A stretch of DNA of 64,000 nucleotides from Candidatus Levyibacteriota bacterium (GTDB lineage Bacteria > Patescibacteriota > Microgenomatia > Levybacterales > UBA12049), in contig JBDRBE010000004.1 of NCBI GenBank assembly GCA_043823085.1, positions 5,510 to 69,509 on the forward strand, read 5' to 3'. Under the pieces are notes generated by a model. It made no database searches. It saw nothing but the letters and a program-made list of their open reading frames with translations, and had not been told where the DNA came from. A program made the translations under genes and the position numbers. Of the stretch, positions 26,854 to 36,506 are shown piece after piece (position 1 is the stretch's first letter; every line of letters begins with the position of its first letter).

Positions 26854-27570
26854 ATGAAATTATCAATTATAATTCCGGTTTACAACGAAGAAGGAACAGT
26901 CGCTGAAATTTTAAAGAGAGTAACAGCTTTAAACATTCCCGGTGTAAACAAAGAAGTAATTATTACAGATGATGGATCAACCGATGCAACGGCATCAATA
27001 ATCTCAAATCTCAAATCTCAAATCTCAAATCTCAAAATAATTTATCACAAAAAAAATCAGGGGAAGGGGGCGGCAGTAAGAACTGGAATTAAACATGCAA
27101 GTGGAGATTATATCTTAATTCAAGACGCAGATTTAGAATATAATCCAAAAGATATTATTAGGCTTTTGATACCTGTCAAAGATAAAATTGCCCAAGTAGT
27201 TTATGGTACAAGGCTAAATAGAATGCCTAATTTTACCAGAGATGAAAGAGAGCCACGTTTCCTGCTTCACTATCTTGGCAATAAAGCATTGAGTTTTATT
27301 ACAAGTTTATTGTACGGGCAATGGATTACAGACATGGAAACATGTTATAAACTTTTTCCCAAAAAATCGTTGGAAAAAATAAAACTTAATTCAAAAAGTT
27401 TTGATTTTGAGCCGGAAATTACTGCCAAACTTCTCAAAAATGGATATAAAATACTGGAGATTCCAATAACAACAAACCCAAGAGGATACAAAGAGGGTAA
27501 AAAATTGAATACTTTTAGGGATGGTTCAATAGCCCTTTGGACATTAATGAAATATCGATTTTTTGATTAA
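26854..27570 (+). CDS. Family-2 glycosyltransferase, Dpm1-like
   Basis: Motifs LSIIIPVYNEE..VIITDDGSTDAT..NQGKGAAVRTG..ILIQDADLEYNP. Confidence 0.75.
   Translation: MKLSIIIPVYNEEGTVAEILKRVTALNIPGVNKEVIITDDGSTDATASIISNLKSQISNLKIIYHKKNQGKGAAVRTGIKHASGDYILIQDADLEYNPKDIIRLLIPVKDKIAQVVYGTRLNRMPNFTRDEREPRFLLHYLGNKALSFITSLLYGQWITDMETCYKLFPKKSLEKIKLNSKSFDFEPEITAKLLKNGYKILEIPITTNPRGYKEGKKLNTFRDGSIALWTLMKYRFFD
27001..27035. repeat. Perfect heptanucleotide tandem repeat (atctcaa)x5 inside a GT2 CDS
   Basis: Read directly. Encodes SNLKSQISNLK at the same linker position as the (aatcaaa)x4 repeat in the adjacent GT2. Confidence 0.8.
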
Positions 27571-27573
27571 GCA

Positions 27574-29043
27574 ATGATTAAATTAGTGCAGTTTGCTAAA
27601 AAATATTGGTTTGAAATTTCTGTTTTTTTGATTCTTATTTTTGCAATATTTTTAAGGTTTTATAATTATGAAAATAGATGGGGATTAGCTTACGATCAAG
27701 CAAGAGATGTTATTGTTGCCAAGGAAGCAATTAGACAATTTAAGATTCCTTTAATTGGTCCTTTTTCCTCTGCCGGACAATTTGTTTATGGACCACAGTG
27801 GTTTTGGGTGTTAATGTTTCTCGTAAGCGTTTTTCCTTCGTCGATTATTACGCCGTGGATTATTTTAACGCTTCTATATGTGGCTATGGTTTTCCTTCTA
27901 ATTATTATCGGTAAAGAACTTGGAGGAAAATTTTTTGCAGTAATTTTAGGAGTGTTATCTGCTGTTTCTCCGGCACAAATTTCTCAAAGCATTAATCTTA
28001 CTTCTCCGTCATTCGTAAGTATTCTATCTGTGTTGTCGATATATTTTCTTATTAAATTCTTAAAAGACGGCAAAAAATTATTTTACTTTCTAATGTCATT
28101 TTGTGTTGGTACGGCAATAAATATTCATTTTCAAGCTCTTGGTCTGTTGTTTCTTATTCCAATAGCTTTTATATTTGGGAAGAGAAGCTTAAAAACTTTA
28201 TTCTCTTCAGTAATTGGGCTTATGAGTCCTTTTATTCCTTTAATTATTTTTGATTTATCCAATAAATTTTTTGAGAGTCGAAATCTTCTAGATTATTATC
28301 TTTACGGGCAGTATAGGATATATGTTCCCAATAGATGGCTTACTTATGCCGGCGAGTATTGGCCAAGGGCCTGGAGCTTGATAATTGGAGGAGAAAAAAT
28401 AATTGGTTATTTGTTCATGATTCTTGTAGCTTTTTTTATTCTTTTTCTTTTTAAAAAAAGAGAAAACAAGAAATTTATGGCAGTTCTATTAGGGTTTATT
28501 TTTTCTTTTTTAACTTTACGCTATTATCGGGGGGAAAGATATGACGCATATCTTGTTTTTTTGCATCCTTTTGTTTTAATTTTAAGCTCTTGGACAATAT
28601 GGAGACTATTTAAATTAAATAAAATTTTAGCAATGTTGTTATTATTTGCAGCAGTTTTTTTTAGTATAAAGTTAGAGATTAACGAGATAAAAAATGCAAC
28701 AAATGTTACGGCTTTTAATTCGAGTTCATTGGCAAAATCAATCATAGAAACATATCCGGGTAAAAATTTTGCCCTGTATGATCATGCTTTTAAATCAAAC
28801 AGCTATAGCCTTCCGTTAGCGCTATATTTAGACAAAGAGGGTAAATTATCGGACGATGGTTACAGGGTGGGTTTTGGATCAAAATTAAATACAGTTGATT
28901 ATCCGAAGATTAAAAATAACAAAATTGGATTTGACCTAAGAGATTTAAATACCAGTTCTTCAGCAGAGTTGCAAAAAAATAAATGGGTTTTAGTAAATCC
29001 TAGTGAAATCTACAAAATGACAGAAGATTGGTACAAGAAATAG
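27574..29043 (+). CDS. GT-C fold membrane protein, PMT_2/ArnT-like variant with DQxRD loop motif (C1)
   Basis: 489 aa. LRFYNYENRWGLAYDQARDVIVAKEA..IPLIGPFSSAGQFVYGPQWFW. Paralogs at 36507 and 37991. Confidence 0.6.
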   Translation: MIKLVQFAKKYWFEISVFLILIFAIFLRFYNYENRWGLAYDQARDVIVAKEAIRQFKIPLIGPFSSAGQFVYGPQWFWVLMFLVSVFPSSIITPWIILTLLYVAMVFLLIIIGKELGGKFFAVILGVLSAVSPAQISQSINLTSPSFVSILSVLSIYFLIKFLKDGKKLFYFLMSFCVGTAINIHFQALGLLFLIPIAFIFGKRSLKTLFSSVIGLMSPFIPLIIFDLSNKFFESRNLLDYYLYGQYRIYVPNRWLTYAGEYWPRAWSLIIGGEKIIGYLFMILVAFFILFLFKKRENKKFMAVLLGFIFSFLTLRYYRGERYDAYLVFLHPFVLILSSWTIWRLFKLNKILAMLLLFAAVFFSIKLEINEIKNATNVTAFNSSSLAKSIIETYPGKNFALYDHAFKSNSYSLPLALYLDKEGKLSDDGYRVGFGSKLNTVDYPKIKNNKIGFDLRDLNTSSSAELQKNKWVLVNPSEIYKMTEDWYKK

Positions 29044-29046
29044 AAG

Positions 29047-31467
29047 TTATTTTTTGAAAAAAATCCGCAAGAATAGGGCTAAATATATTAATAAGAAAGA
29101 GCTGCTAATTAGGAGTCCAATTTTAAACGAAGGGGAGTTATATGACATTACGATTTTATGTTTTCCTTTTGGTACTTCTATAGCTCGAAAAGAATAATTA
29201 GCCCTAAGTATTGTTGTTTCTTTCCCGTCAATAAATGCTTTCCAGTCGGGATAATAATTATCGGAGAGTACTAAAATACCATTGGAACTAGAATCTGATT
29301 CAATTTGAATTTTATTTTCCTGATAATTTTTGATTTTTACTTGTTGTATCTTTTCATCATTTTTTGCAATAGATAATTTTGGTTCTTTTTCTAAAATTAC
29401 ATTGGAAGAAGCATCGAAAGATTCGGAGAATAATTTCTCGAGGATTTTTTGATTGTCAGTGGCCACTTCATAATTGCTAACAAGATATGCTCTTGGTAGG
29501 GTAAAGTTATTAATTTTAACATACCAAGTGTTGTCTTCCCAAAGGATATTATTAATGCTGATACTTCCCTTGGGAACTTCAAATTTTTTAAAGATTAAAT
29601 ATCTTATGCCCAAAAGATTCAATAATCTGTTTCTTCTTACTTCAAGAGACGCGCTTACGGTAGTATCTTTTATAATTCCTACATCACTTCTTGATAGAAT
29701 TTTTCCTACTTTCCCGGAATTTGCATAATTGATAAGTTCTCCATAGCGTCTAATGTATAAAGGGTGATAATATTGTGGATCGTAGATGCGAAAATAAGTG
29801 GCAATATTGGTTGGAAGGTTAGCTTCTCCTATCCCAAAAACTCTTGAGTTTAAAGTGTTTTGGGTTAAAGCTCTCAAGAGATTATTTGTGGGAAGAAACG
29901 TCTCTTTTGGAGAGAATGGCATAAATTTATAGACATTATAGAGACCTAAAAACAGCACTATTAATAATGCAAGAATTTTAGATATAGAATAAAATTTTTT
30001 GTTTAGTTTTAAAATTACAATAAGAGCAGTAATAATAAATAGCATAGAAGGAATTACTTGGAGCAGAGTGTTTCTTAATGCAATTCCTTGACAGTTTTTA
30101 ATGATGTTATTTATGCAAGGGATTTCCTGTGGATTCATGAGTAGCGTGAATAAAAGCAAAAATATTATAAATGCTAAAAAAAATCCTACTTTTTTAATCA
30201 AAAGCTTTGGAAAATTTGCTATTTTTTCAAAATATAAGTTATCGAAACCATAGCCTGCAAGAATTACTAAGCAAAAAATAGTTATTAAAAAAATTCTTGA
30301 AGGGATGCCTGTAGAAATGATGGGGATAGGTAATGAAAATAAAAATCTTGAACCAAACCAATCGATGCATGAGATAATTGTTAAAACAATAATAATAAGA
30401 AATAATTTTCTAAGGTCAACGATTTTAATCTTAGAGATATTAAATATTCCTATATATGCAAAAAAACATGGAATTATGCCTAAATAAATAGAGCTTTGTA
30501 TGTAGCCTCCAGGCCCCCAAAAATTATAAGTTGCAAGGTTTCCAAAATAATTTGGAATAAATAATGTTAAAAAATGTTGAATTGGCAGTAAAAATTGCTC
30601 GAATATAAAAGAAGAGGACGCAGTATTAATATTTGCTTGTTTAAAAAGTTCAAAGGTTGGGATTAATTGAACAGAAGAAAGCCCAAAACCTAGCATTATG
30701 AGCAAAAGAGGGAATAAGAATTTTTTTAAATTTCTTTTGAAATTTCTCTCTTTAGAGAGAAATCGATAAAGATAATAAATAATTAAAAAAGAAATGATAT
30801 AAAGAGATATTTGAGGTTGAGTTGAAGCGATTAGTATGGAAAGTACTATCGGTAAAAGATAAATAAGTTTGGTTTTGTTATTTTGTAAATAACATTCGAT
30901 GAGGTATAGCGTTAATGGAAGAGAAGCAATTGCAATCCCATAGACTTCATAAATTAGTCTTACAACTGTGAAACCAGATAAAACGAAAGTAATAGAAGCA
31001 AATAAGGAGGCCATAAAGCTTAATGATATTTTTCGGCAGAATAAATAAGTAAAATAACCGATAAGAATAGGTTGGATAATAATTGAAATACTCCAGCTCA
31101 AATAGTTTGGGAGGAACAAAAACAGCAGCATAGAAGGACTTAAAAGTCCGGTGTTTATTGTTGCAAGAAGAGGCATGCCCGCGCCATTATAGGGATTCCA
31201 AAGAGGAGGTTCAAATCTTTTGAAAATATCTGCGGCAAGTGTTTTAAAAGGATAAATTTGTCTAAATACATCATCGGCAACAGGTTTATGCGCAAGTGTG
31301 ATGACGCCATTTGAAAAATTTTCGCTTTTCCATGGCTCGTACCATGAAAGTAAATAATTTCCGGGAAAGGGATACAATCCGCCAAAAAAGAATTTCCAAA
31401 AGATAAATATATCTAAAATAATAAACAAAAGGAATATAACCAATCGTTTTTTTATTATTTTTTCCAT
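29047..31467 (-). CDS. YfhO-family large membrane protein (A4), the only large gene on the minus strand in the array
   Basis: FRQIYPFKTL..PPLWNPYNGAGMPLLATINTG; C-terminal YYPDWKAFIDGKETTILRANYSFRAIEVPKGKHKIVMSY. Start taken at MEKIIKK (31467); the ORF extends to 31515. Confidence 0.65.
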   Translation of the reverse strand: MEKIIKKRLVIFLLFIILDIFIFWKFFFGGLYPFPGNYLLSWYEPWKSENFSNGVITLAHKPVADDVFRQIYPFKTLAADIFKRFEPPLWNPYNGAGMPLLATINTGLLSPSMLLFLFLPNYLSWSISIIIQPILIGYFTYLFCRKISLSFMASLFASITFVLSGFTVVRLIYEVYGIAIASLPLTLYLIECYLQNNKTKLIYLLPIVLSILIASTQPQISLYIISFLIIYYLYRFLSKERNFKRNLKKFLFPLLLIMLGFGLSSVQLIPTFELFKQANINTASSSFIFEQFLLPIQHFLTLFIPNYFGNLATYNFWGPGGYIQSSIYLGIIPCFFAYIGIFNISKIKIVDLRKLFLIIIVLTIISCIDWFGSRFLFSLPIPIISTGIPSRIFLITIFCLVILAGYGFDNLYFEKIANFPKLLIKKVGFFLAFIIFLLLFTLLMNPQEIPCINNIIKNCQGIALRNTLLQVIPSMLFIITALIVILKLNKKFYSISKILALLIVLFLGLYNVYKFMPFSPKETFLPTNNLLRALTQNTLNSRVFGIGEANLPTNIATYFRIYDPQYYHPLYIRRYGELINYANSGKVGKILSRSDVGIIKDTTVSASLEVRRNRLLNLLGIRYLIFKKFEVPKGSISINNILWEDNTWYVKINNFTLPRAYLVSNYEVATDNQKILEKLFSESFDASSNVILEKEPKLSIAKNDEKIQQVKIKNYQENKIQIESDSSSNGILVLSDNYYPDWKAFIDGKETTILRANYSFRAIEVPKGKHKIVMSYNSPSFKIGLLISSSFLLIYLALFLRIFFKK

Positions 31468-31532
31468 TTTAGGATTTGCAATGATTTTAATATTATAATA
31501 AAGTAAATATATCATAAGTTCTTGCCCGAGTC

Positions 31533-33224
31533 ATGAGAAAACAATTTATAGCCCTCTTTTTTATCATTCTTGTTGCTTCCTTCCTCCGTTTTTATCAATT
31601 GGGGACAATTCCTGCTGGTTTAACTAATGACGAGGCGAATACGGGCTACGATGCTTTTTCGCTCCTTCTTACCGGTCGCGATCAATGGAATAATTTTTTA
31701 CCGATAACTAATTTTATTGGTTTTGGAGATTATCCTCCGCCGCTCTATAGGTATCTTTCTATTGTTCCTATTTCTCTTTTTGGTTTAAATATGTTTTCAG
31801 TTAGATTTATTTCCGCACTTTCTGGTGTTTTGTCGGTCGTGGTTTTATATTTTTTAATCAAGAAAATTTTTAACCAAAAAGCAGCTATTTTTAGCGCATT
31901 ATCTCTTGCAATTCTTCCCTGGTCTATCGGTTTGAGCAGAGTTGCTATTGAGTCAAATCTGGCAATCCTTTTTTTAATCACTGCTCTTTATTTTGGAATA
32001 GCGCTAAAGTCTGATAAAAGTATTTTCTTTTCTGTCATATTTTTGGTTTTATCAATTTTTACCTATTCTGCCTATACACTTTTTGCGCCTTTGGTTTTTT
32101 TGCTGATTTTGTTTTTTAATTATAAAAAAGTAAAAACAAAGATACTTTTATTTTCGATAATTTTATTTTTATGTCTTTGTCTTCCACTTTTTGTTCATAA
32201 AGGGGCGGCTTCGACGAGATTCTCCCAAATTGGAATCACCCAAAACATAAATAGTATAGGGTTAATGAATGTTTTAAACGATCAAAGGGGACAATGTCTC
32301 AATTCGTTCAATCCTTTGATGTGTAAATTATCGGAAAATAAACCGGTACTTTTTACGGGTGTTTTTTTCAAGAATTATTTGTCCCACTTCTCGCTTAATT
32401 TTTTATACGCCAAAGGGACAGTAACACAGTTTTCGATTTTGGAGGAGAGGGGGTTGGATTATTTATTTTGCATCATTTTTCTTACCTTAGGTCTATATTT
32501 CCTCATTGCAAAAAATAAAAATACCAAAATTTCCTTAGTGGTAATTCTTCTTTTTCTTTTTTCAGCGATTCCTGATTCTCTAACAGGAGATGGAAATTAT
32601 TCCAGGGCTTCAATGATGCAGCCTTTCATCGCTATTTTGAATGGATTGGGTTTAGCTTTTCTTTTTGCTTTATTAAATAAGATAAAAAATAAAAATTTAA
32701 AGATTTTAGGAATGTTTTTTATAGCCTTTTTAATTATGTTTTCAATATCCTCGTTTTTTGTTAACTATTTAACTTACTTTAAAAATAATTATGCAATGTA
32801 TTCGCAATATGGCTATAAAAATTTGATGGAATATGTCGGTAAGGTAAAAAATGACTATGAAAGAATATACATATCTAAGCATTTAAATGATACCAAGCAA
32901 TACATATATTATTTATTTTTTAATAAATATGATCCAAGAAAATTCCAGACAAAAACGAACATAGGATATCATTTGGAAGATAACGGGTGGGTCTCCGTAG
33001 ATAGGATTGATAACGTTTACTTTGTACAAAACTTGCCACTAATCTCTAAAAAATTGACCAATTTGAACAATAACATTCTGTATATTTCGAATCCTGTTGA
33101 TTTTCCAAAAGGAGTGAAAACAGAATTTATAACGAAAGATAAGTTAGAAAACGTTATTTTTAAAGCAGTTAAAAAAGAAAATTTGATAGAATATTATCAG
33201 GAATTTGATTATTTAAATGAGTAA
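31533..33224 (+). CDS. ArnT/PMT-like GT-C glycosyltransferase (GT39/83-like) D1
   Basis: LRFYQLGTIPAGLTNDEANTGYDAFSLLLTGRDQW..DYPPPLYRY..FGLNMFSVRFISALSGV is a classic N-terminal DE-motif loop of the 4-amino-arabinose/mannosyl transferase family. Confidence 0.75.
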   Translation: MRKQFIALFFIILVASFLRFYQLGTIPAGLTNDEANTGYDAFSLLLTGRDQWNNFLPITNFIGFGDYPPPLYRYLSIVPISLFGLNMFSVRFISALSGVLSVVVLYFLIKKIFNQKAAIFSALSLAILPWSIGLSRVAIESNLAILFLITALYFGIALKSDKSIFFSVIFLVLSIFTYSAYTLFAPLVFLLILFFNYKKVKTKILLFSIILFLCLCLPLFVHKGAASTRFSQIGITQNINSIGLMNVLNDQRGQCLNSFNPLMCKLSENKPVLFTGVFFKNYLSHFSLNFLYAKGTVTQFSILEERGLDYLFCIIFLTLGLYFLIAKNKNTKISLVVILLFLFSAIPDSLTGDGNYSRASMMQPFIAILNGLGLAFLFALLNKIKNKNLKILGMFFIAFLIMFSISSFFVNYLTYFKNNYAMYSQYGYKNLMEYVGKVKNDYERIYISKHLNDTKQYIYYLFFNKYDPRKFQTKTNIGYHLEDNGWVSVDRIDNVYFVQNLPLISKKLTNLNNNILYISNPVDFPKGVKTEFITKDKLENVIFKAVKKENLIEYYQEFDYLNE

Positions 33225-34878
33225 GTTTTTTAATTGGAAGTTAATATTAATTTTTATAATTATTCTTGCGGGATTTTTAAGATTTTATAAGCTTTCATCA
33301 AATCCTCCTTCTCTGACATGGGATGAGGCGGCTTGGGGATATAATGCTTATTCTTTGGGAATTGATGCAAGAGATGAATTCGGCAGATTTCTGCCTTACG
33401 ATTATCTTGAATCATTCGGCGATTTTAAACCTCCTGCCTACGCGTATTTAGACATATTGCCTATAAAAATTTTTGGACTTAATGAATTTGGCGTTCGGTT
33501 TCCTTCAGCGCTTTTTGGCGTGCTAACAGTTTTAGCTACTTATTTTTTGGTAAGAAGAATATTTCCTAATGCGAAAAAATTTTCAATTTTCAATTTTCAA
33601 TTTTCAATAGCGGAGATATCAGCTTTTATTCTTGCTATATCCCCGTGGCATATTTTGCTTTCCCGTGCCGCATTTGAAGCAAACGTGGCTACATTTTTTC
33701 TGGTTACGGGAGTCTGGCTGTTTTTAGCAGGAGCCCATGAGAAAAAATGGTGTTTGCCTTTCTCTATTTTTTTCTTTGTCCTTTCCCTTTATGCCTTTAA
33801 CACTTCAAGGATTGTAGCGCCTCTTCTGGTTTTATTATTAATGATTGGTCTTAGAAAACAGCTTTTAGAGCGAAAAAAAGAAGCAATAATAGCTTGTATT
33901 GTCGGAGTAATTCTTGTTTTGCCAATAGCACGATTTTTACTTTCGCCTCAGGCAAGTCTTCGATTTCGCGAGGTAAATATTTTTTCGGATGCAAGCGTAA
34001 TTAAAACAGTTAATCAGGAAATTAAAAATGATAATAATGCTTTTTGGTCAAAAATTATTCATAACAGGCGTTTTGCATATGGGGTTGAGTATTTTAAACA
34101 TTATTTTGACAACCTTAGTCCCGACTTTTTGTTTATAAAAGGGGATGGTAATCCAAAATTCTCGATTCAGACAGTTGGGCAGATGTATCTTTGGGAAATA
34201 CCCTTTTTTATCGGAGGAATTTTGTTCATTTTTCGAAAAAGGCAAGGATATTGGTGGATTGTTCCGTTCTGGCTTGTTTTAGGAATTATTCCGGCAGCAA
34301 CCGCTCGAGAAACGCCGCATGCATTAAGAATAGAAACAACTCTGCCAACGTTTCAAATTCTAACAGCCATAGGCTTAGCGACGGCAATAGAATTTTTATT
34401 GGCAGTGAAGAATAAAGGATTGATTACAAAACTATTAAAACTATTTGTGATATGTTATTCGCTATTCGCTATTTTCAATTTTTCATATTTTTATCATGAT
34501 TATTTTACTCATTATCCGATACAATTTTCCGGAGAATGGCAATATGGATACAAAGAATCAATTGCTTTCGTTTCCGAAAATTTAAGTAAATATGATAAGG
34601 TTGAAATTACCGACGCACTTGGTAGACCTTATATTTATTATTTATTTTACACAAAAGAAAATCCCCAGGATTTTAGAGCATCTTTAAAAGTCAAAAGAGA
34701 TGTTTTTGGCTTTGTTAATGTAACTGGATTTGGTAAATATGAGTTTAAAAGTAATCTATCGATTGATAAAAATACCCTTTTTATTAACTCGCCTGTCAAC
34801 GTGCCAAAAAATGCGGAAGCGCTAAAAACGTTTTACCTTTTAGACGGTAATTCTATACTTTCTGCGTATTCATTATGA
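33217..34878 (+). CDS. ArnT/PMT-like GT-C glycosyltransferase D2
   Basis: LRFYKLSSNPPSLTWDEAAWGYNAYSLGIDARDEFG..FKPPAYAYL..FGLNEFGVRFPSALFGV. Tandem paralog of D1 and D3. Confidence 0.75.
   Translation: MSKFFNWKLILIFIIILAGFLRFYKLSSNPPSLTWDEAAWGYNAYSLGIDARDEFGRFLPYDYLESFGDFKPPAYAYLDILPIKIFGLNEFGVRFPSALFGVLTVLATYFLVRRIFPNAKKFSIFNFQFSIAEISAFILAISPWHILLSRAAFEANVATFFLVTGVWLFLAGAHEKKWCLPFSIFFFVLSLYAFNTSRIVAPLLVLLLMIGLRKQLLERKKEAIIACIVGVILVLPIARFLLSPQASLRFREVNIFSDASVIKTVNQEIKNDNNAFWSKIIHNRRFAYGVEYFKHYFDNLSPDFLFIKGDGNPKFSIQTVGQMYLWEIPFFIGGILFIFRKRQGYWWIVPFWLVLGIIPAATARETPHALRIETTLPTFQILTAIGLATAIEFLLAVKNKGLITKLLKLFVICYSLFAIFNFSYFYHDYFTHYPIQFSGEWQYGYKESIAFVSENLSKYDKVEITDALGRPYIYYLFYTKENPQDFRASLKVKRDVFGFVNVTGFGKYEFKSNLSIDKNTLFINSPVNVPKNAEALKTFYLLDGNSILSAYSL
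33579..33606. repeat. Perfect heptanucleotide tandem repeat (attttca)x4 inside an ArnT-like CDS
   Basis: Read directly. Encodes KFSIFNFQFSI. Confidence 0.8.
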
Positions 34879-36503
34879 GTAAAAAAATTATTATTATTTT
34901 ATTTCTAATTCTTGCGATTGCTACAGTTTTACGTTTTTATAAACTTGGTGATATCCCGCCGTCACCGGATTGGGATGAAGTTGCTTTAGGTTATGATGCA
35001 TATTCTATAATTCATACAGGACGTGATGAATACGGAAAGTTTTTACCGGTTGTTTTGCGATCATTTGATGATTATAAACCGGCTTTATATGCTTATCTTT
35101 CTGTCCCGTCGGTTTTCTTTTTTGGACTAAATGAATTTAGCGTTCGGTTTCCATCCGCCTTATTAGGTGTTTTAACTGTTTTTGCAACATTTTTTCTTGT
35201 AAAGGAATTATTTAAAAGAAACGAGATAGCGCTTCTTGCATCATTTTTTTTGGCGATTTCTCCCTGGCATATTCAGTTTTCAAGAGTTGGTTTCGAATCA
35301 AATATAGGTGTAGCTTTTAATGTTTTTATGGCGCTTTTTTTTATTAAAGCATTTAGAAAACCCTACTTTTTACTTTTTTCTGCGTTTTTTGCCGGCTTAA
35401 ATCAGTATATTTATCAAAGCGATCGGGTTTTTACGCCACTTTTACTCTTAGCGCTGGTCATTATTTATTGGAAAGACTTGTTTAAGATTTCTAAAAAATA
35501 TCTTTTGACATCGGTGATTTTAGGACTAATTGTCGTTTTGCCAATGATTATTTACATCGCAACCGATAAACAAGCTCTTCTTCGTGTTTCTGGAACAAGT
35601 ATTTTTTCAAGCCAAACCGAATTGCTCAAAAATGACATTCCAAAACTTCTTCGCGATACGGCAAAGAATGATAAAATTGGATTAATTCTTGACAACAGAC
35701 GTTTCACTTTTGCTAAAATAATAGCATCAAATTATCTTTCGCATTTTAATCTCAATTGGCTTTTTATAACCGGTGATATTGCAAGACATCATGCTCCGCA
35801 AATGGGCCTTTTGTATCTTTTTGAATTACCCTTTCTTTTTATTGGGTTATACATCTTTATTTTTGGTCAATACTCAAAAAAAACAAAGTTATTAATAATT
35901 GCTTGGTTTTTGATTACTCCAATTCCGGCCTCAATTACGACCGGCGTTCCGCATGCAGTAAGGACTTTAAATTTTCTTCCGACATTTCAAATTTTTATAG
36001 CCATAGGATTAATCACAGCGATAAAATTACTATCAAACATTAAGTTTTGGAAAATATTTGCTATTTGCTATTTGCTATTTGCTATCTTTAATTTTTCATA
36101 TTATCTCAACCAGTATTTTGTGCAATTGAATTACTTTAACTCACAGGAATGGCAGTATGGTTATAAACAAGCTGTTAGTGAGGTAAAAAATATTGGGGGG
36201 AATTATCCAAAAATTGTTGTTTCGGACAAAGAGCCATTAGATAAATCTTACATGTTTTTTCTATTTTATCTTCAATATCCGCCTTTTGAATATCAAAAAG
36301 TTGGTCAATATCAATCAGGTGGATTTGCCGCCCATCATAATTTTGATAAATATGAATTCAGGCCAATAGATTGGCAAAAAGATTCTAAAGCAAAAAACGT
36401 TTTATATATTGGAACACCTGGAGAATTTCCGCCAGATATTGATGCTTTAAAAGTAATTTATAATAAAGACGGCACGCCAGCGATAAAATTAGTTAGGACT
36501 TAA
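34875..36503 (+). CDS. ArnT/PMT-like GT-C glycosyltransferase D3
   Basis: LRFYKLGDIPPSPDWDEVALGYDAYSIIHTGRDEYG..YKPALYAYL..FGLNEFSVRFPSALLGV. Confidence 0.75.
   Translation: MSKKIIIILFLILAIATVLRFYKLGDIPPSPDWDEVALGYDAYSIIHTGRDEYGKFLPVVLRSFDDYKPALYAYLSVPSVFFFGLNEFSVRFPSALLGVLTVFATFFLVKELFKRNEIALLASFFLAISPWHIQFSRVGFESNIGVAFNVFMALFFIKAFRKPYFLLFSAFFAGLNQYIYQSDRVFTPLLLLALVIIYWKDLFKISKKYLLTSVILGLIVVLPMIIYIATDKQALLRVSGTSIFSSQTELLKNDIPKLLRDTAKNDKIGLILDNRRFTFAKIIASNYLSHFNLNWLFITGDIARHHAPQMGLLYLFELPFLFIGLYIFIFGQYSKKTKLLIIAWFLITPIPASITTGVPHAVRTLNFLPTFQIFIAIGLITAIKLLSNIKFWKIFAICYLLFAIFNFSYYLNQYFVQLNYFNSQEWQYGYKQAVSEVKNIGGNYPKIVVSDKEPLDKSYMFFLFYLQYPPFEYQKVGQYQSGGFAAHHNFDKYEFRPIDWQKDSKAKNVLYIGTPGEFPPDIDALKVIYNKDGTPAIKLVRT
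36056..36083. repeat. Perfect heptanucleotide tandem repeat (atttgct)x4 inside an ArnT-like CDS
   Basis: Read directly. Encodes IFAICYLLFAIF. Confidence 0.8.
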
Positions 36504-36506
36504 ATA

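Noticed and set aside
25980-27040. Possibility that the short tandem repeats represent a CRISPR array
   Set aside because: Units are 7 nt, contiguous, without spacers, and lie inside intact CDSs. These are microsatellites, not CRISPR repeats.
31468-31515. Longer start (MIYLLYYNIKIIANPK) for the minus-strand YfhO-like gene
   Set aside because: It would leave only 17 bp for two divergent promoters. The MEKIIKKRLV start matches the paralog N-termini, though the longer start cannot be excluded.
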